Assembly (NCBI GenBank): GCA_937864235.1
Contig: CALMJI010000006.1
Location: 113 to 64,112 of the forward strand
Source: an uncultured bacterium
GTDB lineage: Bacteria > Patescibacteriota > Minisyncoccia > SW-4-49-11
Direction of reading: 5' to 3'
Length of the DNA stretch: 64,000 bases
Shown here: in pieces, positions 9,505 to 20,274 of the stretch
Layout: every line of letters starts with the position of its first letter
Position numbering within the stretch: the stretch's first letter is position 1
Program-made: the position numbers and the translations under genes
Notes under the pieces: generated by a model
Databases searched by the model: none
Seen by the model: the letters and a program-made list of their open reading frames with translations, nothing else
Told to the model about the DNA's origin: nothing

Positions 9505-10038
9505 ATGGCTGGGCATAATAAATTCTCAAAAATCAAGCATAAAAAAGCTGCTACAGATAAGTTGAAGGCTCAGAATTTTTCTAAGGTGGTCAAGATGATT
9601 CAAATTGCAGCCCGTAAAGGTTCTATTGATCCTGCTATGAATCCCGAGTTAAGATTAGCTTTAGAGAAGGCTAAAGAGGTCAATATGCCTAAAGATAATA
9701 TTAATCGTATTTTGGAAAAAGCCTCTAATACCAGTGGGCAAGTGATTATGTATGAGGGTTTTGGACCTGAGGGGGTTGGTTTGCTCATCAAGACATATAC
9801 TGACAATCCAAATCGAACTGTAGCTGATTTGAGGCATATGTTATCCAAAAATGGAGGTACTCTAGGGGCTAGTGGTTCTGTAATTTGGATGTTTGAAGAG
9901 ATTACTAGAGAACAAGAATATAAAGTCAATATTCCGAACGAGATTACTGAAGAGGCTCAAGAAAAATTAGAGAATTTAGTAGAAATTCTAGAGGAATTGG
10001 ATGATGTAGAAGAAATCTGGACTAGTGCTACTATCTAA
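9505..10038 (+). CDS. yebC: YebC/PmpR family protein (short form)
   Basis: MAGHNKFSKIKHKK, YEGFGPEGV, TDNPNRT; upstream of ruvC. Confidence 0.93.
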   Translation: MAGHNKFSKIKHKKAATDKLKAQNFSKVVKMIQIAARKGSIDPAMNPELRLALEKAKEVNMPKDNINRILEKASNTSGQVIMYEGFGPEGVGLLIKTYTDNPNRTVADLRHMLSKNGGTLGASGSVIWMFEEITREQEYKVNIPNEITEEAQEKLENLVEILEELDDVEEIWTSATI

Positions 10039-10041
10039 AAT

Positions 10042-10548
10042 ATGGATAATAATTCTCCATATAGAATTTTAGGCATTGATCCTGGGACTGCTACGACTGG
10101 ATTTGGTATTATTGATACTAGTATTTCTAAAGTTTCTGGAGTGGTTGATTATGGAGTTATTACCACTGAGCCAACCCTAATAGATGCAAAGAGACTAGCC
10201 ATTATTGATGAGAGCCTCAAGCAACTCATCGCTACTTATAAGCCCAATATTATTGCTGTTGAGAAGTTGTTTTTCTTCCGTAATACCACTACTATTATCA
10301 CGGTGGCTCAAGCTCGGGGAGTAGTATTACTAAATGCTGAATTACATAATTTACAATTATTTGAATTCACTCCACTACAAATAAAACAAGCCATTACCGG
10401 TTATGGTAAGGCTCCAAAGTCTCAAATGCAACAAATGGTAGCTACAATTCTAGGTCTAAAATCTATCCCAAAACCAGACGACGCTGCGGATGGCCTCGCT
10501 GTAGCTTTATGTTGTCAATCTAGTCTTGGTTATTTACTTAAAACTTAG
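10042..10548 (+). CDS. ruvC: Holliday junction resolvase RuvC
   Basis: ILGIDPG, VEKLFF, QARGV, DDAADGLAVA. Confidence 0.97.
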   Translation: MDNNSPYRILGIDPGTATTGFGIIDTSISKVSGVVDYGVITTEPTLIDAKRLAIIDESLKQLIATYKPNIIAVEKLFFFRNTTTIITVAQARGVVLLNAELHNLQLFEFTPLQIKQAITGYGKAPKSQMQQMVATILGLKSIPKPDDAADGLAVALCCQSSLGYLLKT

Positions 10549-10553
10549 AGATT

Positions 10554-10685
10554 TTAATATCCCATTTGATAAGCAACTACAATCATAGAAGTTGTATAAG
10601 CAAATGTAGATACTGCAATTATTCCAATTAAATCTAAAAGCAATTTATATTTTTGGTTTCCTATTTTTTTTGTTAATTTTGACAT
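10554..10685 (-). CDS. Small membrane protein (43 aa)
   Basis: MSKLTKKIGNQKYKLLLDLIGIIAVSTFAYTTSMIVVAYQMGY, one TM, manual translation. Confidence 0.5.
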   Translation of the reverse strand: MSKLTKKIGNQKYKLLLDLIGIIAVSTFAYTTSMIVVAYQMGY

Positions 10686-10739
10686 ATTTTAGAATATTAA
10701 TTAATAATTCAAATTTATTATATCATAATTTTTAGAATT

Positions 10740-12116
10740 TTAATAAATGTTATCCACAATTTCTGAAATATTGGCTCCTGCTTTATATAAAATCAATTCT
10801 CTTTTTTCTATAATTTCAGGTTTTATCAAGGGATTAACATAATTCCAAGCAGCTTCAATCTCATCTGCTCGGATGAATAATGACTGATCTGAATCCAAAA
10901 TATCTTGAATTAATCTTGCATAAGCAGATTGGCTTTTTTGCCCAAAAGACTCCTCATAGGTAAAATGTAATTTTACAGGTTGAATACACATTCCTTTACC
11001 TGGAAATTTGGCATTAACTGTATAATAGACCTCTTCATTAGGTTGTATACTAATCACTAATTCATTTTGTTGTGGATTACACCCCTCATCAATATGGCTA
11101 AAATACTTAAATCTAGGCTTGAACGATATTTTTATTTCTGCTTTATTTTCTGATAATCTTTTGCCTGTAGAGATATAGATAGGTACATCTTCCCAACGAG
11201 GATTGTCTATATATGTTGTAAGTTTTACATATGTCTCGGTTTTAGAGTTTGGGTTAACTCCTTCTTCTTCCAAATATCCTCTACTTCCCTCCGCTGAGAT
11301 ATACTGTCCTAATATAACATTTTGTGGGTTAATTGGTCTTAAGGACTTGATTAATTTATGCTTTTCATCTCTGATATATTCTGCTTCCATTGCTACAGGA
11401 GCTTCCATTGCTATCAAAGCTAAAGTCTGCAAAATATGATTTTGTAGAATATCTTTGATTATTCCTGTTTTATCAAAATAATCAGCTCGCTTATCTATGC
11501 CTCGCTCTTCCCAGACCTCAATTGCAATTGACTCTACATAGTGATTATTCAATAATGGCTCAAACATACTATTCCCAAATCTCAATGCCAATATATTCTG
11601 CACCGTTTCTTTACCTAAATAGTGATCCACCCGATAAATTTCATCCTCATTAAAATTTTCAGCCAATTTGTGATTCAGGGCTTGAGCTGAACTTAAATCT
11701 GACCCAAAAGGCTTCTCAAAAACTAATTTATATTTTATATTTTGATGAATATTTTTGACTTCCGCTAAAGTGTCTACTACATCATTAAAAGCTTGAGGAG
11801 GTATTGCCATATACCAAATCACCTCATCCCCTGATTGAATATTATGTTGAGTAAAAAACTTATGTATTGTATCAATTTGTCCAAAATCTATTTGATTATA
11901 TTCTAATCTTTCAATAAAATCTAATTTACCTGTAAATTTAGATAGACTATTTTGTACTAACTCCCTATATTCTTCTTGATTATATTCTTTTCTACCAGCA
12001 CCTATAAATTTTATATCTGGCAAATAATAATTATAATTAAATATTTCTGCTAAAGCTGGGTATAATTTGGTAGTAGCTAAATCTCCAGTAGCTCCTGTAA
12101 TAATAAAATACTTCAT
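10740..12116 (-). CDS. zwf: Glucose-6-phosphate 1-dehydrogenase
   Basis: GATGDLA, EKPFG, YRVDHYLGKETVQN. Confidence 0.97.
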   Translation of the reverse strand: MKYFIITGATGDLATTKLYPALAEIFNYNYYLPDIKFIGAGRKEYNQEEYRELVQNSLSKFTGKLDFIERLEYNQIDFGQIDTIHKFFTQHNIQSGDEVIWYMAIPPQAFNDVVDTLAEVKNIHQNIKYKLVFEKPFGSDLSSAQALNHKLAENFNEDEIYRVDHYLGKETVQNILALRFGNSMFEPLLNNHYVESIAIEVWEERGIDKRADYFDKTGIIKDILQNHILQTLALIAMEAPVAMEAEYIRDEKHKLIKSLRPINPQNVILGQYISAEGSRGYLEEEGVNPNSKTETYVKLTTYIDNPRWEDVPIYISTGKRLSENKAEIKISFKPRFKYFSHIDEGCNPQQNELVISIQPNEEVYYTVNAKFPGKGMCIQPVKLHFTYEESFGQKSQSAYARLIQDILDSDQSLFIRADEIEAAWNYVNPLIKPEIIEKRELILYKAGANISEIVDNIY

Positions 12117-12181
12117 CCTAATTCAATTTTAGATATTATATCAATAGACTACTTCAAACAAATTCTATTGTCAAATAAAAC

Positions 12182-12628
12182 TTATAAACCTAGAGATTCA
12201 TCTGAATAAATATCTTCTTCTAAATCTGAATCTATAGCCTGTATTTCAGATTCTATTAAATCAGCTTCCATATTAGTGTTATCACTTACTGGAATGGTTT
12301 CTAATATATCAGGTGTAACTACGGATGGCTCACTTGTATTAAGTGTATCAACTATAACTTCCTCAACCATATCTTCTGTCTGATACATACGATATACACT
12401 CACAGCCACAATGACTAGGGAGAAAAATACTAAAAACACAACAATTCCCCATAATAATGGTCTAGTGACAATATCTTTATTTACTATATTAGATACATTG
12501 TTACTGGAACGATCAGTATACTGACTTGATGGGCTAGAAGGAGTAGCTTGTTCTGGAGGAAAAGATGTCAAACCAGAATTAGAATTAATTTGCTGTGAGC
12601 TTTGATTATTATTGATATTATCTTCCAT
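12182..12628 (-). CDS. Hypothetical single-TM protein
   Basis: Disordered N-terminus, one TM, acidic C-terminus. Confidence 0.75.
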   Translation of the reverse strand: MEDNINNNQSSQQINSNSGLTSFPPEQATPSSPSSQYTDRSSNNVSNIVNKDIVTRPLLWGIVVFLVFFSLVIVAVSVYRMYQTEDMVEEVIVDTLNTSEPSVVTPDILETIPVSDNTNMEADLIESEIQAIDSDLEEDIYSDESLGL

Positions 12629-12649
12629 ATTTATAAATATATATTAATA

Positions 12650-13438
12650 TTATTGAGGGATTACTTGAGGAATAGTACCACTTGGATTAGTAGCTGGCTC
12701 TGGAGATGTAGTTTCTTGAGGCCGTATACTTCTTAAATATGGAATGATTGTATCTTTGATGTATATTCTAATTTCTCTATCCTTAACTATTACTGATTGT
12801 AATTTTGATTTTCTAATATCAACTTCAGTAGCTAATTGTGTTTGGTTATTACAAAATTCACCTGTGTTGACCTTAGTTCCAAATAGTTGAATATATTCCT
12901 GGTTAGCAACATTCATAGTAGTGATTTTGTTTTTTAGCTCAGAAATATAAGAGTTATAAGTAGTTACATCTACTCCTCTTTCAACTAATTTGTTGGAAAC
13001 CTTCTCTAACCTCGTAGTGAATTTATTATATTTAGCTATTCTCACTTGAGATTTAGATGTGAAATTTCTTTGATGATTTAAAATTCTCATACCCACAGCT
13101 TCACATCTCTCTTTAATTTTCTGTTCTCTTTGCTCTGAAGTCAAAGTAGACTGTGGAGAAGTCCTATTTTCTTGGTTAGTTATTCTTTGAGCAGGAACTG
13201 ACTCTATAGTTTCTCTATTTGCACTCTGTGATTGGGGGGAAAGTCTTTGACTATCTTGTCTCTGATTGCTAGAGTCTTCTCTATTTCTCATAGGGGCTCT
13301 TCTATCTCTACCTTCAACTGGGGTTTCTTGAGTTTGATTATTGGTGTCATCTTGTGCCAAAACTATGCCACTAACAGAAATCACTCCACCTATGATTGAG
13401 AGGCTTGAGACAATAGCAATTTTAGATAATTTATTCAT
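12650..13438 (-). CDS. Hypothetical secreted helical protein
   Basis: Signal peptide ending VLA-Q, coiled-coil body. Confidence 0.78.
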   Translation of the reverse strand: MNKLSKIAIVSSLSIIGGVISVSGIVLAQDDTNNQTQETPVEGRDRRAPMRNREDSSNQRQDSQRLSPQSQSANRETIESVPAQRITNQENRTSPQSTLTSEQREQKIKERCEAVGMRILNHQRNFTSKSQVRIAKYNKFTTRLEKVSNKLVERGVDVTTYNSYISELKNKITTMNVANQEYIQLFGTKVNTGEFCNNQTQLATEVDIRKSKLQSVIVKDREIRIYIKDTIIPYLRSIRPQETTSPEPATNPSGTIPQVIPQ

Positions 13439-13500
13439 ATTAATATTATTTTATAATTATGTGTTAATTATATCACTACTAATAATTTTGTCAAATATAA

Positions 13501-13788
13501 TTATATTCCAAGAGCCTCTCTTAATTCATCACTCACTTTCCACGGTGGATTAAAAGTAAGTTCAATATTTATAGATTTTGGATTCAAAACTGATAAGGCA
13601 GTTTTTAATTCTTCTTGCATTTTTCCCCCAAAAGGACATAAAGGAGTAGTATAAGTCATCAAGATATTGATATCCTGCTTTTGCGTGATTTCTATATTAT
13701 AAATCAACCCTAAAGTATAAATATCCAGATTCACTTCTGGATCTAGAATAGTCTGACAAACTGCTATTACATCGTCTTTAGTAACCAT
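13501..13788 (-). CDS. sufT: Fe-S cluster assembly SufT/PaaD (DUF59) protein
   Basis: DPEVNLDIYTLGLIY, TTPLCP, FNPPW. Confidence 0.9.
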   Translation of the reverse strand: MVTKDDVIAVCQTILDPEVNLDIYTLGLIYNIEITQKQDINILMTYTTPLCPFGGKMQEELKTALSVLNPKSINIELTFNPPWKVSDELREALGI

Positions 13789-13794
13789 TATAAT

Positions 13795-14502
13795 TTAATT
13801 ATTAAATCCTCTTTCTTGTAATCTAGCTAAAATTTTTACACCACCTTCTTCTACAATTTTTCCGTTTTTGATAATACTCACTCTATCTGGCTTACTAGAT
13901 AATTGAGCTAAATGAGTAATGATTAAGAATGTCATACCTTCTTTGGATAACTTTTCTAGTTCAGTTGACATTAGCTTAGTTGCGTCAATATCTAAGCCAG
14001 AATCTGGCTCATCAAGTATAGCTAATTTGGGCTTTAGGATTATAAGTTGCAATAATTCTAATCTCTTTCTTTCTCCACCTGAGAAGCCATCATTGACATA
14101 ACGAGATAAAGTATCAGCTCCTAGCCCCAATTTTGTAGCCTCATCCAAAACCTTTTTTCTAAACTCCAACACATTTACCTTGCCATAAATAGCCTGATAG
14201 GAGTTTTTGAGTAAGCTCAAAATTGTCACTCCCTTGATAGCTGGCGGATATTGCATAGATAAAAATAACCCAAGTTTAGCTCTTTTGTCTGGGGAGAGTC
14301 TCGTAATATCTTGTCCCTCAAAAATAATCTCACCCTCAACTTCATATTCTGGATAACCCATTATAGCCAGAGCCAAAGTGCTTTTACCGCTTCCATTAGG
14401 ACCCATTAGATAATGCATATTACCATTTTTAATCTCAAGACTGATATCAGAGATTATAGTTTTGTCGTCCTTAGTAATTGTAATATTTTGTAATTTTAGC
14501 AT
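13795..14502 (-). CDS. sufC: Fe-S cluster assembly ATPase SufC
   Basis: GPNGSGKST, GFSGGERKR, ILDEPDSGLDID. Confidence 0.95.
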   Translation of the reverse strand: MLKLQNITITKDDKTIISDISLEIKNGNMHYLMGPNGSGKSTLALAIMGYPEYEVEGEIIFEGQDITRLSPDKRAKLGLFLSMQYPPAIKGVTILSLLKNSYQAIYGKVNVLEFRKKVLDEATKLGLGADTLSRYVNDGFSGGERKRLELLQLIILKPKLAILDEPDSGLDIDATKLMSTELEKLSKEGMTFLIITHLAQLSSKPDRVSIIKNGKIVEEGGVKILARLQERGFNN

Positions 14503-14523
14503 AGATATTAGTGCAAATTTATG

Positions 14524-14883
14524 TTATTTTAACACTTCCTGAGCTGTTCGTAAAGCTAAAGACACACATTTAACTCTAGTTCCCTCCATTTCAAGACCCA
14601 ACCATTGATATAATTCCTCTATTGTAATCTTTAACAATTTATCTACTGTAAGGCCTTTTAATTTTTCTGTAGTAAGAGAGGCCCCAGCTATACAAAGTGC
14701 GCACCCCACTCCCTCAAAACTCACCTCCCGCACCTGATTATCTGTAATCTCAAGATATATCCAAATATCATCTCCACAATTAGCATTATGCCCATGTAAT
14801 TTATGAGTATAATGCTCTAAAACACCTTTATTCAAAGGACTACGGTATAAGTCTAAAATGTATTCCCGATAAATATCATCCAT
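14524..14883 (-). CDS. sufU: SufU/IscU-type Fe-S scaffold
   Basis: YREYILD, NANCGD, GCALC, RVKC. Confidence 0.93.
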   Translation of the reverse strand: MDDIYREYILDLYRSPLNKGVLEHYTHKLHGHNANCGDDIWIYLEITDNQVREVSFEGVGCALCIAGASLTTEKLKGLTVDKLLKITIEELYQWLGLEMEGTRVKCVSLALRTAQEVLK

Positions 14884-14885
14884 AA

Positions 14886-16091
14886 TTATTGAAATTTAGC
14901 ATAAATCTTATCCAAAGCCTGCATTAGTCTATCTATATCTTGCCTAGTATTATATATCCCAAAAGTAGCCCTAGTGCTACCAGAAATACCAAGAACCTGA
15001 GCAATGCCACTAGCACAATGCTGTCCTGCCCGCACACAAATATTCTCTTTGGCGAGTAAATAAGCCACATCATGAGTATGAATATTATCTATTATAAAGG
15101 CAAAACAAGCAATTCTCAACTGCTCTCTCCCACCACCTAAAACTTGTAGCCAAGGCCTGAGTGAAACTTGCTCCCAAATATACTGTACCAAATCTTGCTC
15201 ATGAAATTGAACATAGTTCCAACCTATCTCTTGAAGCCAATTAATGGCTCTCGCAAGTCCTATCACTTCAGCAATCGGTGGAGTTCCAGCCTCGAATCTT
15301 TGCGGGATAGGAGCATATTCTATATTTTCTAAATTTACATAATCCACCATATCTCCACCATTACGAGAAGGTGTCAATTGCTCTAAAAGATTATATTTAA
15401 CCCACAAAACCCCCACTCCAGTCGGAGCATATAATTTATGTCCTGAAAAAACATAAGCATCCACACCAAAATTTGAAACGGATATCGGGATATGAGATAC
15501 TGCTTGAGCCCCATCTACTATACATAGAGCTCCTTTTGTATGAGCCTTCTGAGCAACTTGCTTTATATTATGAATTGTCCCGAGCACATTAGAAATATGC
15601 CCAATTACCACAATAGAGGTATTATCATCAATAGCATCCAGCAAAGCCTGTTCATCTAATATCCCGTCTTTGAGGTAAATATATTTTATTTCTAGATTAC
15701 ATTTTCGTGCCAATTCACGCCAAGATAGCATATTGCTATGATGTTCGGTCACTGGTATTATAATATTCTGCCCAGTACTTACACGAGACCCCAACATCTC
15801 AGCCAACATATTTAGCCCATCTGTGGCTCCTCTAGTGAAAATAATTTCCTCAGCCCGATTCGCTCCTATGAATTCAGCAACTTTTACTCTCGCCCCCTCA
15901 TACTCAACCGTAGCCAGCTCTGAGAGATGATAAATACCCCTATGAATATTAGCCCTATAGCTCCTATAATAGATATTCATAGCCTCCAAAACCACCTCCG
16001 GAGTCAAGCTAGAAGCCCCCGAATCTAAATAAACCAAATCCTGACCTAAAATCGGGAATTGCTCTCTAATTGTAAATACTTTATCCTCCAT
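14886..16091 (-). CDS. sufS: Cysteine desulfurase SufS
   Basis: YLDSGAS, FSGHK (PLP lysine), RAGQHCA. Confidence 0.96.
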   Translation of the reverse strand: MEDKVFTIREQFPILGQDLVYLDSGASSLTPEVVLEAMNIYYRSYRANIHRGIYHLSELATVEYEGARVKVAEFIGANRAEEIIFTRGATDGLNMLAEMLGSRVSTGQNIIIPVTEHHSNMLSWRELARKCNLEIKYIYLKDGILDEQALLDAIDDNTSIVVIGHISNVLGTIHNIKQVAQKAHTKGALCIVDGAQAVSHIPISVSNFGVDAYVFSGHKLYAPTGVGVLWVKYNLLEQLTPSRNGGDMVDYVNLENIEYAPIPQRFEAGTPPIAEVIGLARAINWLQEIGWNYVQFHEQDLVQYIWEQVSLRPWLQVLGGGREQLRIACFAFIIDNIHTHDVAYLLAKENICVRAGQHCASGIAQVLGISGSTRATFGIYNTRQDIDRLMQALDKIYAKFQ

Positions 16092-16146
16092 ATAGATAAA
16101 GTATACTAGATATGTTATAATATGTGTATAGTTAATATAAAATTGT

Positions 16147-17377
16147 ATGGAAATACTTGCTACAGAATCACATCAAACATCCGAAACAGAGCTCCCACCC
16201 AATATTGAATCTGAAATTCTAAAAGCATTGAGTTCAGATATCAGATTAGATATTATATTTGATCCTAATAGTATATATCTTATATTAGAGAACCAAAAAC
16301 AAAGATATCCTGACTTAGAAAATTCAGCTTTAGTTAATGTAGCCTTAAAGGACATTGATAAAAAAATGGTAGAAAATAAATTAAGATTAACTCAACTTGA
16401 GGACATTGATGAAAAAGTTAAAAGATCGATAAAAAACTTTGAAGAAGCCAAAGCTAAGCTCTCAAAATTACAGCTTGAATACTCAATGCTAAGACAACAA
16501 TTAGAGTCTCAGTTAGATAATGGTTTAGACTTAGAAGGCACACCTATACAAAATGCTCTGGACCAATACAGAAGATTTAAGTCTAAACTTGAAGGTTTAT
16601 CAGAAGACTCTCCAGAGCAAGAAGATATAAGGCGAGTGCTTAATATTTATGCCAAATATATTAAGCAAGAATTCGAGCAAAGCCCAGAAAAATACTCCAT
16701 AGGAACATCTCAGCCTTTAAGAATTGATATAGGGGAAATTGTATATGAATTTATAGAACCTAATGATTTAACAAATGAACAAAAATCTCATCAAAGAAAT
16801 ATTGCAGAGGCCAGAAAAAATATTACACAAGAACTTAGTCAAACTCCAGGAGTTTTGGGAGTTATCCCTATGGCTGGAGAAGTTGAAGGATCTAAGAATT
16901 TTGATATTATAGCCATCACACTTAAGCCAGATAATAATAATCTATCCCCTGAGGAAATAAATATAGCTCTCAAATTATTATATTCCCAAATCCAAAACTC
17001 TGCTAATTCAAAACAAGGTTTGATAGAAGCCAATATATTAGATCCTAGTAATATAGAGATATATAGTGATGGGAAACCTCTAGCCGATTTTACAGAAGAT
17101 AATAAACCTGAGTCTGAATTAGATCCTTCTCAAATATTCCAATTACATACAATAAAAGTTGCCAAAAGATCAACAGACTTTAAATATAAAAAAAGAATAT
17201 ACTGATCATGCTATGGCTATGGTAAGACCTTCTCAAAGTCTAGAGGATAATAATAATATACCTACTTTAACTAATTCTTATACTACTCAAGGAGAAAACG
17301 GTCTTACATATACTCCATTTAATCAAGCTATGTTCCAACTATCAGCTCAGCAAGCCTTAGGATTAGATTTAGCTTAA
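16147..17377 (+). CDS. Hypothetical coiled-coil protein, probably one gene frameshifted at an A7 tract (17188-17194)
   Basis: ORFs 16147-17205 and 17159-17377 overlap; removing one A joins them into 409 aa. Confidence 0.6.
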
Positions 17378-17393
17378 AATATAGACTTAACAC

Positions 17394-17720
17394 CTATGAC
17401 CGCTCGCTAATCTTTTTTTGGTCACTAGCTAACATATTATCCCAAGCGGAGTGTAGATCAATATCCAATTCATGAGCTATAAACAAAACTTCTGCCATAA
17501 TATCTGCCAATTCATCAGATAATTTAGCTTTGATTTGAGACTCATCCAAACCTTCTCTATATCTATAATTTTGTAATTGCAGAACACATTTAGACAAATT
17601 CCCCACCTGATATTGCAGATCATGCGAAGCTACATCATAAGACCAAGTCTTTGTACCCTGAGCATCATATTTTTTGAAAATCTCCACCACTTCTTGTTGC
17701 ATTTTATCTAAAGTATCCAT
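17394..17720 (-). CDS. MazG-like nucleotide pyrophosphohydrolase family protein
   Basis: All-alpha, DELADI motif. Confidence 0.7.
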   Translation of the reverse strand: MDTLDKMQQEVVEIFKKYDAQGTKTWSYDVASHDLQYQVGNLSKCVLQLQNYRYREGLDESQIKAKLSDELADIMAEVLFIAHELDIDLHSAWDNMLASDQKKISERS

Positions 17721-17932
17721 ATTTTAATTGATTTACATTAACTATGTATTACTATCTCCCACTATCCTCTATGTCTACGATGTATCTCATCTTATTCATT
17801 TGGAATTGGACATAAGGATAAGCTAAAAAGTCAGCTTATAGATGATTTACAAAACTTTAAAGAAGCTATCTCTAAATTTCAAAAAGAATTTTTAAGATAA
17901 TCAAAAAACTAAACCACTATCACTCTTAATAC

Positions 17933-18265
17933 TTAATGTAATTTACCTCCAATAGGAACATCTTTATCTGGAATTACTAATATTACCTCTCCTTTATCAT
18001 TTGGTAATCCTAAAGTCAAAACCTCAGATATAGCCTCTCCAATTTGTCTCGGTGGGAAATTAACTACACATAAAACCATTTTGCCCTTCAGATCTTCTAT
18101 TGAGTAGTTTTGTACTAACTGAGAGCATGACTTTTTGATACCAATTTCATCACCTAAGTCTATTTTTAATTTATATGTAGGTTTTCTTGCCTTTGGGAAA
18201 TTCTCAACTTCTATAATTTTACCAACTCTTATATCTACTTTTTCAAAATCTTCAAATGTAATCAT
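17933..18265 (-). CDS. csaA: tRNA-binding protein / CsaA chaperone
   Basis: FEKVDIRVGKI, VVNFPPRQIG, SEVLTLG. Confidence 0.92.
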   Translation of the reverse strand: MITFEDFEKVDIRVGKIIEVENFPKARKPTYKLKIDLGDEIGIKKSCSQLVQNYSIEDLKGKMVLCVVNFPPRQIGEAISEVLTLGLPNDKGEVILVIPDKDVPIGGKLH

Positions 18266-18283
18266 AATTTTTTACTATCTTTT

Positions 18284-18353
18284 TACCCTCTCATTATACC
18301 ACACTCCCCCTTACCCTTCCAAAAAGCCGGTTTTGAGGAGGTGGAGGTCTTTG
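18284..18353. repeat. Direct repeat (left) flanking R-M island: copy of sufD 3' end plus promoter
   Basis: About 63/70 identity to 21866-21934; minus strand reads KDLHLLKTGFLEG* versus SufD KAIHLLKNGFLEG*. Confidence 0.85.
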
Positions 18354-18408
18354 TACTTACACATACAAAAAATCTCTAATAGAATCCTTTATCAATTCTT
18401 TGATTTAT

Positions 18409-19476
18409 TTATTCACATTTAACATAGTGTAAATATTCTATTACTGAGCTTGCTTTATGATTTCTATTATCAGATTTGTCAGCCTTAAATCTATTATACT
18501 TTTTTTTGAAAACTCCATATTCACCTCTTTTTGACATAATTGTCCTTACCTCCTCCTCTGTCATTAAACCCTCATTATTATAACTTAAAAATATATACTT
18601 TACATTTGCTTTTTGTATAATATTTTCAAAAGATTGTAAAACTTCTTTTTTTTGTGAAAATTTTGACTTCTGATTTGAATAGTCTCTAAGACCAGTTTTG
18701 CCCTTGATTTTGGGATTATCATACTTAGCAATAGTTTCTAGTAGATGATAATTTGGAGCATATTGTCTTTGATTGTAAGGAGGATCAAGATACAAAACAT
18801 CTCCCTTGACTGTCGAGACTAATTCTTCAATATCTTCATTAAAAACACTATGTTCTTTGTCATTAAGTATAAAATTTGCTGGTTGCATTACAAAATCTTT
18901 TTGAGCTGATTTTTTTAGTTGTTTTAGAAATGCTCCATAAACTGATGCTGTATTTGCCACTTTATCTATATTTTCAATCAGAGTTGTAAGTAAAAAATAA
19001 TATTCATTATCATTGATTTTACTTTCTTCTTTCCAATTTTCAATTTTTTTTCTTATTGTATCAACTTTTTTACCATTTTTATCAGAAAAGTATTGTCTTT
19101 GATTTTTTTTACTCTTTGTACCCCCAAGACAATAATTATTGTATATGAAACCTTCTGTCAGCTCTAAATTATCTAAAAATTTGCATATAAAACTTGCTCT
19201 TTCTTTATAGCTATAAGATTTTAATTCAGATAACTCATCCTCCAATCCTAAAAATTTTAAAATTTTGTGATTTTCAATGTAGTTTTTATTTAATACAAAG
19301 CTATAATATTGCAAATCATTAGCTATAATTTTATGTCCTTTGCTCTTAAAATGCTGTCCTACAACTCCAGTTCCTGCAAATAAATCTAAAAAAATAAAAT
19401 CCCTTTTACCAACTACTTTGTAAATTGATTGTTCTAAAAATTCTAAAAGAGATTTTTTGGAGCCTATATAGTTCAT
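18409..19476 (-). CDS. Adenine-N6 DNA methyltransferase (D12 class, M.NlaIII/M.HpyI-like)
   Basis: MNYIGSK, DLFAGTG, YLDPPYN. Confidence 0.92.
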   Translation of the reverse strand: MNYIGSKKSLLEFLEQSIYKVVGKRDFIFLDLFAGTGVVGQHFKSKGHKIIANDLQYYSFVLNKNYIENHKILKFLGLEDELSELKSYSYKERASFICKFLDNLELTEGFIYNNYCLGGTKSKKNQRQYFSDKNGKKVDTIRKKIENWKEESKINDNEYYFLLTTLIENIDKVANTASVYGAFLKQLKKSAQKDFVMQPANFILNDKEHSVFNEDIEELVSTVKGDVLYLDPPYNQRQYAPNYHLLETIAKYDNPKIKGKTGLRDYSNQKSKFSQKKEVLQSFENIIQKANVKYIFLSYNNEGLMTEEEVRTIMSKRGEYGVFKKKYNRFKADKSDNRNHKASSVIEYLHYVKCE

Positions 19477-19491
19477 ATTCTGTGATAGACC

Positions 19492-20274
19492 CTAAATTTT
19501 ATTATATTTGGCAAAGTAATCATCAATTTCATTTCTAAGCTCAATTCCTACTCTTTCAAAACAATCAAGCAAATCATTATAAGCTCCTTCTCCCCCTATA
19601 AAATCCCAAAACTCATTAGCTACTTTTAATTCTTGCTCTAGGTCTAGCATCCCTCTAATTGTCCAGCGATTATATGGCTCAGGATCATAAGGATTATATG
19701 GGATAGCAATCAGTGTATGTATTTTTGCATTTGGATTATTAGCTAAAGTTATGGCTGCCCATTCTAAGAGTGTTCGCTTAAATTCCTTGAACCCTCCCGC
19801 ATTTGGTTTTGCGGTTTTAATATCAAATAGAAATAATTCTCCTGTATAACTCTCTAATAAAATATCTACTTTTGTTGGTTTAACTGTTCTAAACTCACCT
19901 TTTTGAGCTATTTTTTGAATAATTTCTATTTCTTGTTTTTTATTTGGTGATGACTTAGCAGTTATTAGATCATCCATTATTTGCTGAATTTTAATTTGAG
20001 CTTGTGAGCTAATTTTATGCCCAGCTATTGCCTGAGATTCCGCTCTCTTGAATCTACTTTTAGCTAAAGATAGAGCTACTGGTTCAAAAATACTAGTTCC
20101 AAAGTTAGTATTTAGTGAATGAATAAAAGAAAACAAAGCCATCCTATCCTTACCTAATAATCTTGAGTGAAAAGGCATTGCTTTTGGCTCTGGTTTGTAA
20201 TTTTTAAATTTATTTCTAAGGGCTGTTCTTAAAACATTTTCTATATCTGTAATTTGTTGCTGATTTAGACTCAT
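19492..20274 (-). CDS. Type II restriction endonuclease (TdeIII/MjaII-like)
   Basis: SLNTNFGTSIFE, D..DIKTAKPN PD-(D/E)xK core, IAIPYNPY; lies between two MTases. Confidence 0.85.
   Translation of the reverse strand: MSLNQQQITDIENVLRTALRNKFKNYKPEPKAMPFHSRLLGKDRMALFSFIHSLNTNFGTSIFEPVALSLAKSRFKRAESQAIAGHKISSQAQIKIQQIMDDLITAKSSPNKKQEIEIIQKIAQKGEFRTVKPTKVDILLESYTGELFLFDIKTAKPNAGGFKEFKRTLLEWAAITLANNPNAKIHTLIAIPYNPYDPEPYNRWTIRGMLDLEQELKVANEFWDFIGGEGAYNDLLDCFERVGIELRNEIDDYFAKYNKI

Noticed and set aside
9505-10038. YebC about 70 aa shorter than usual as a pseudogene
   Set aside because: Both termini are intact and in frame, consistent with an internal-domain-lacking short form
10750-10758. Single DnaA box at the zwf 3' end
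   Set aside because: Isolated 9-mer, expected by chance in AT-rich DNA
17743-17900. Short plus-strand open stretch (..SYSFGIGHKDKLKSQLIDDLQNFKEAISKFQKEFLR*)
   Set aside because: No clear in-frame start; may be a gene remnant but cannot be supported
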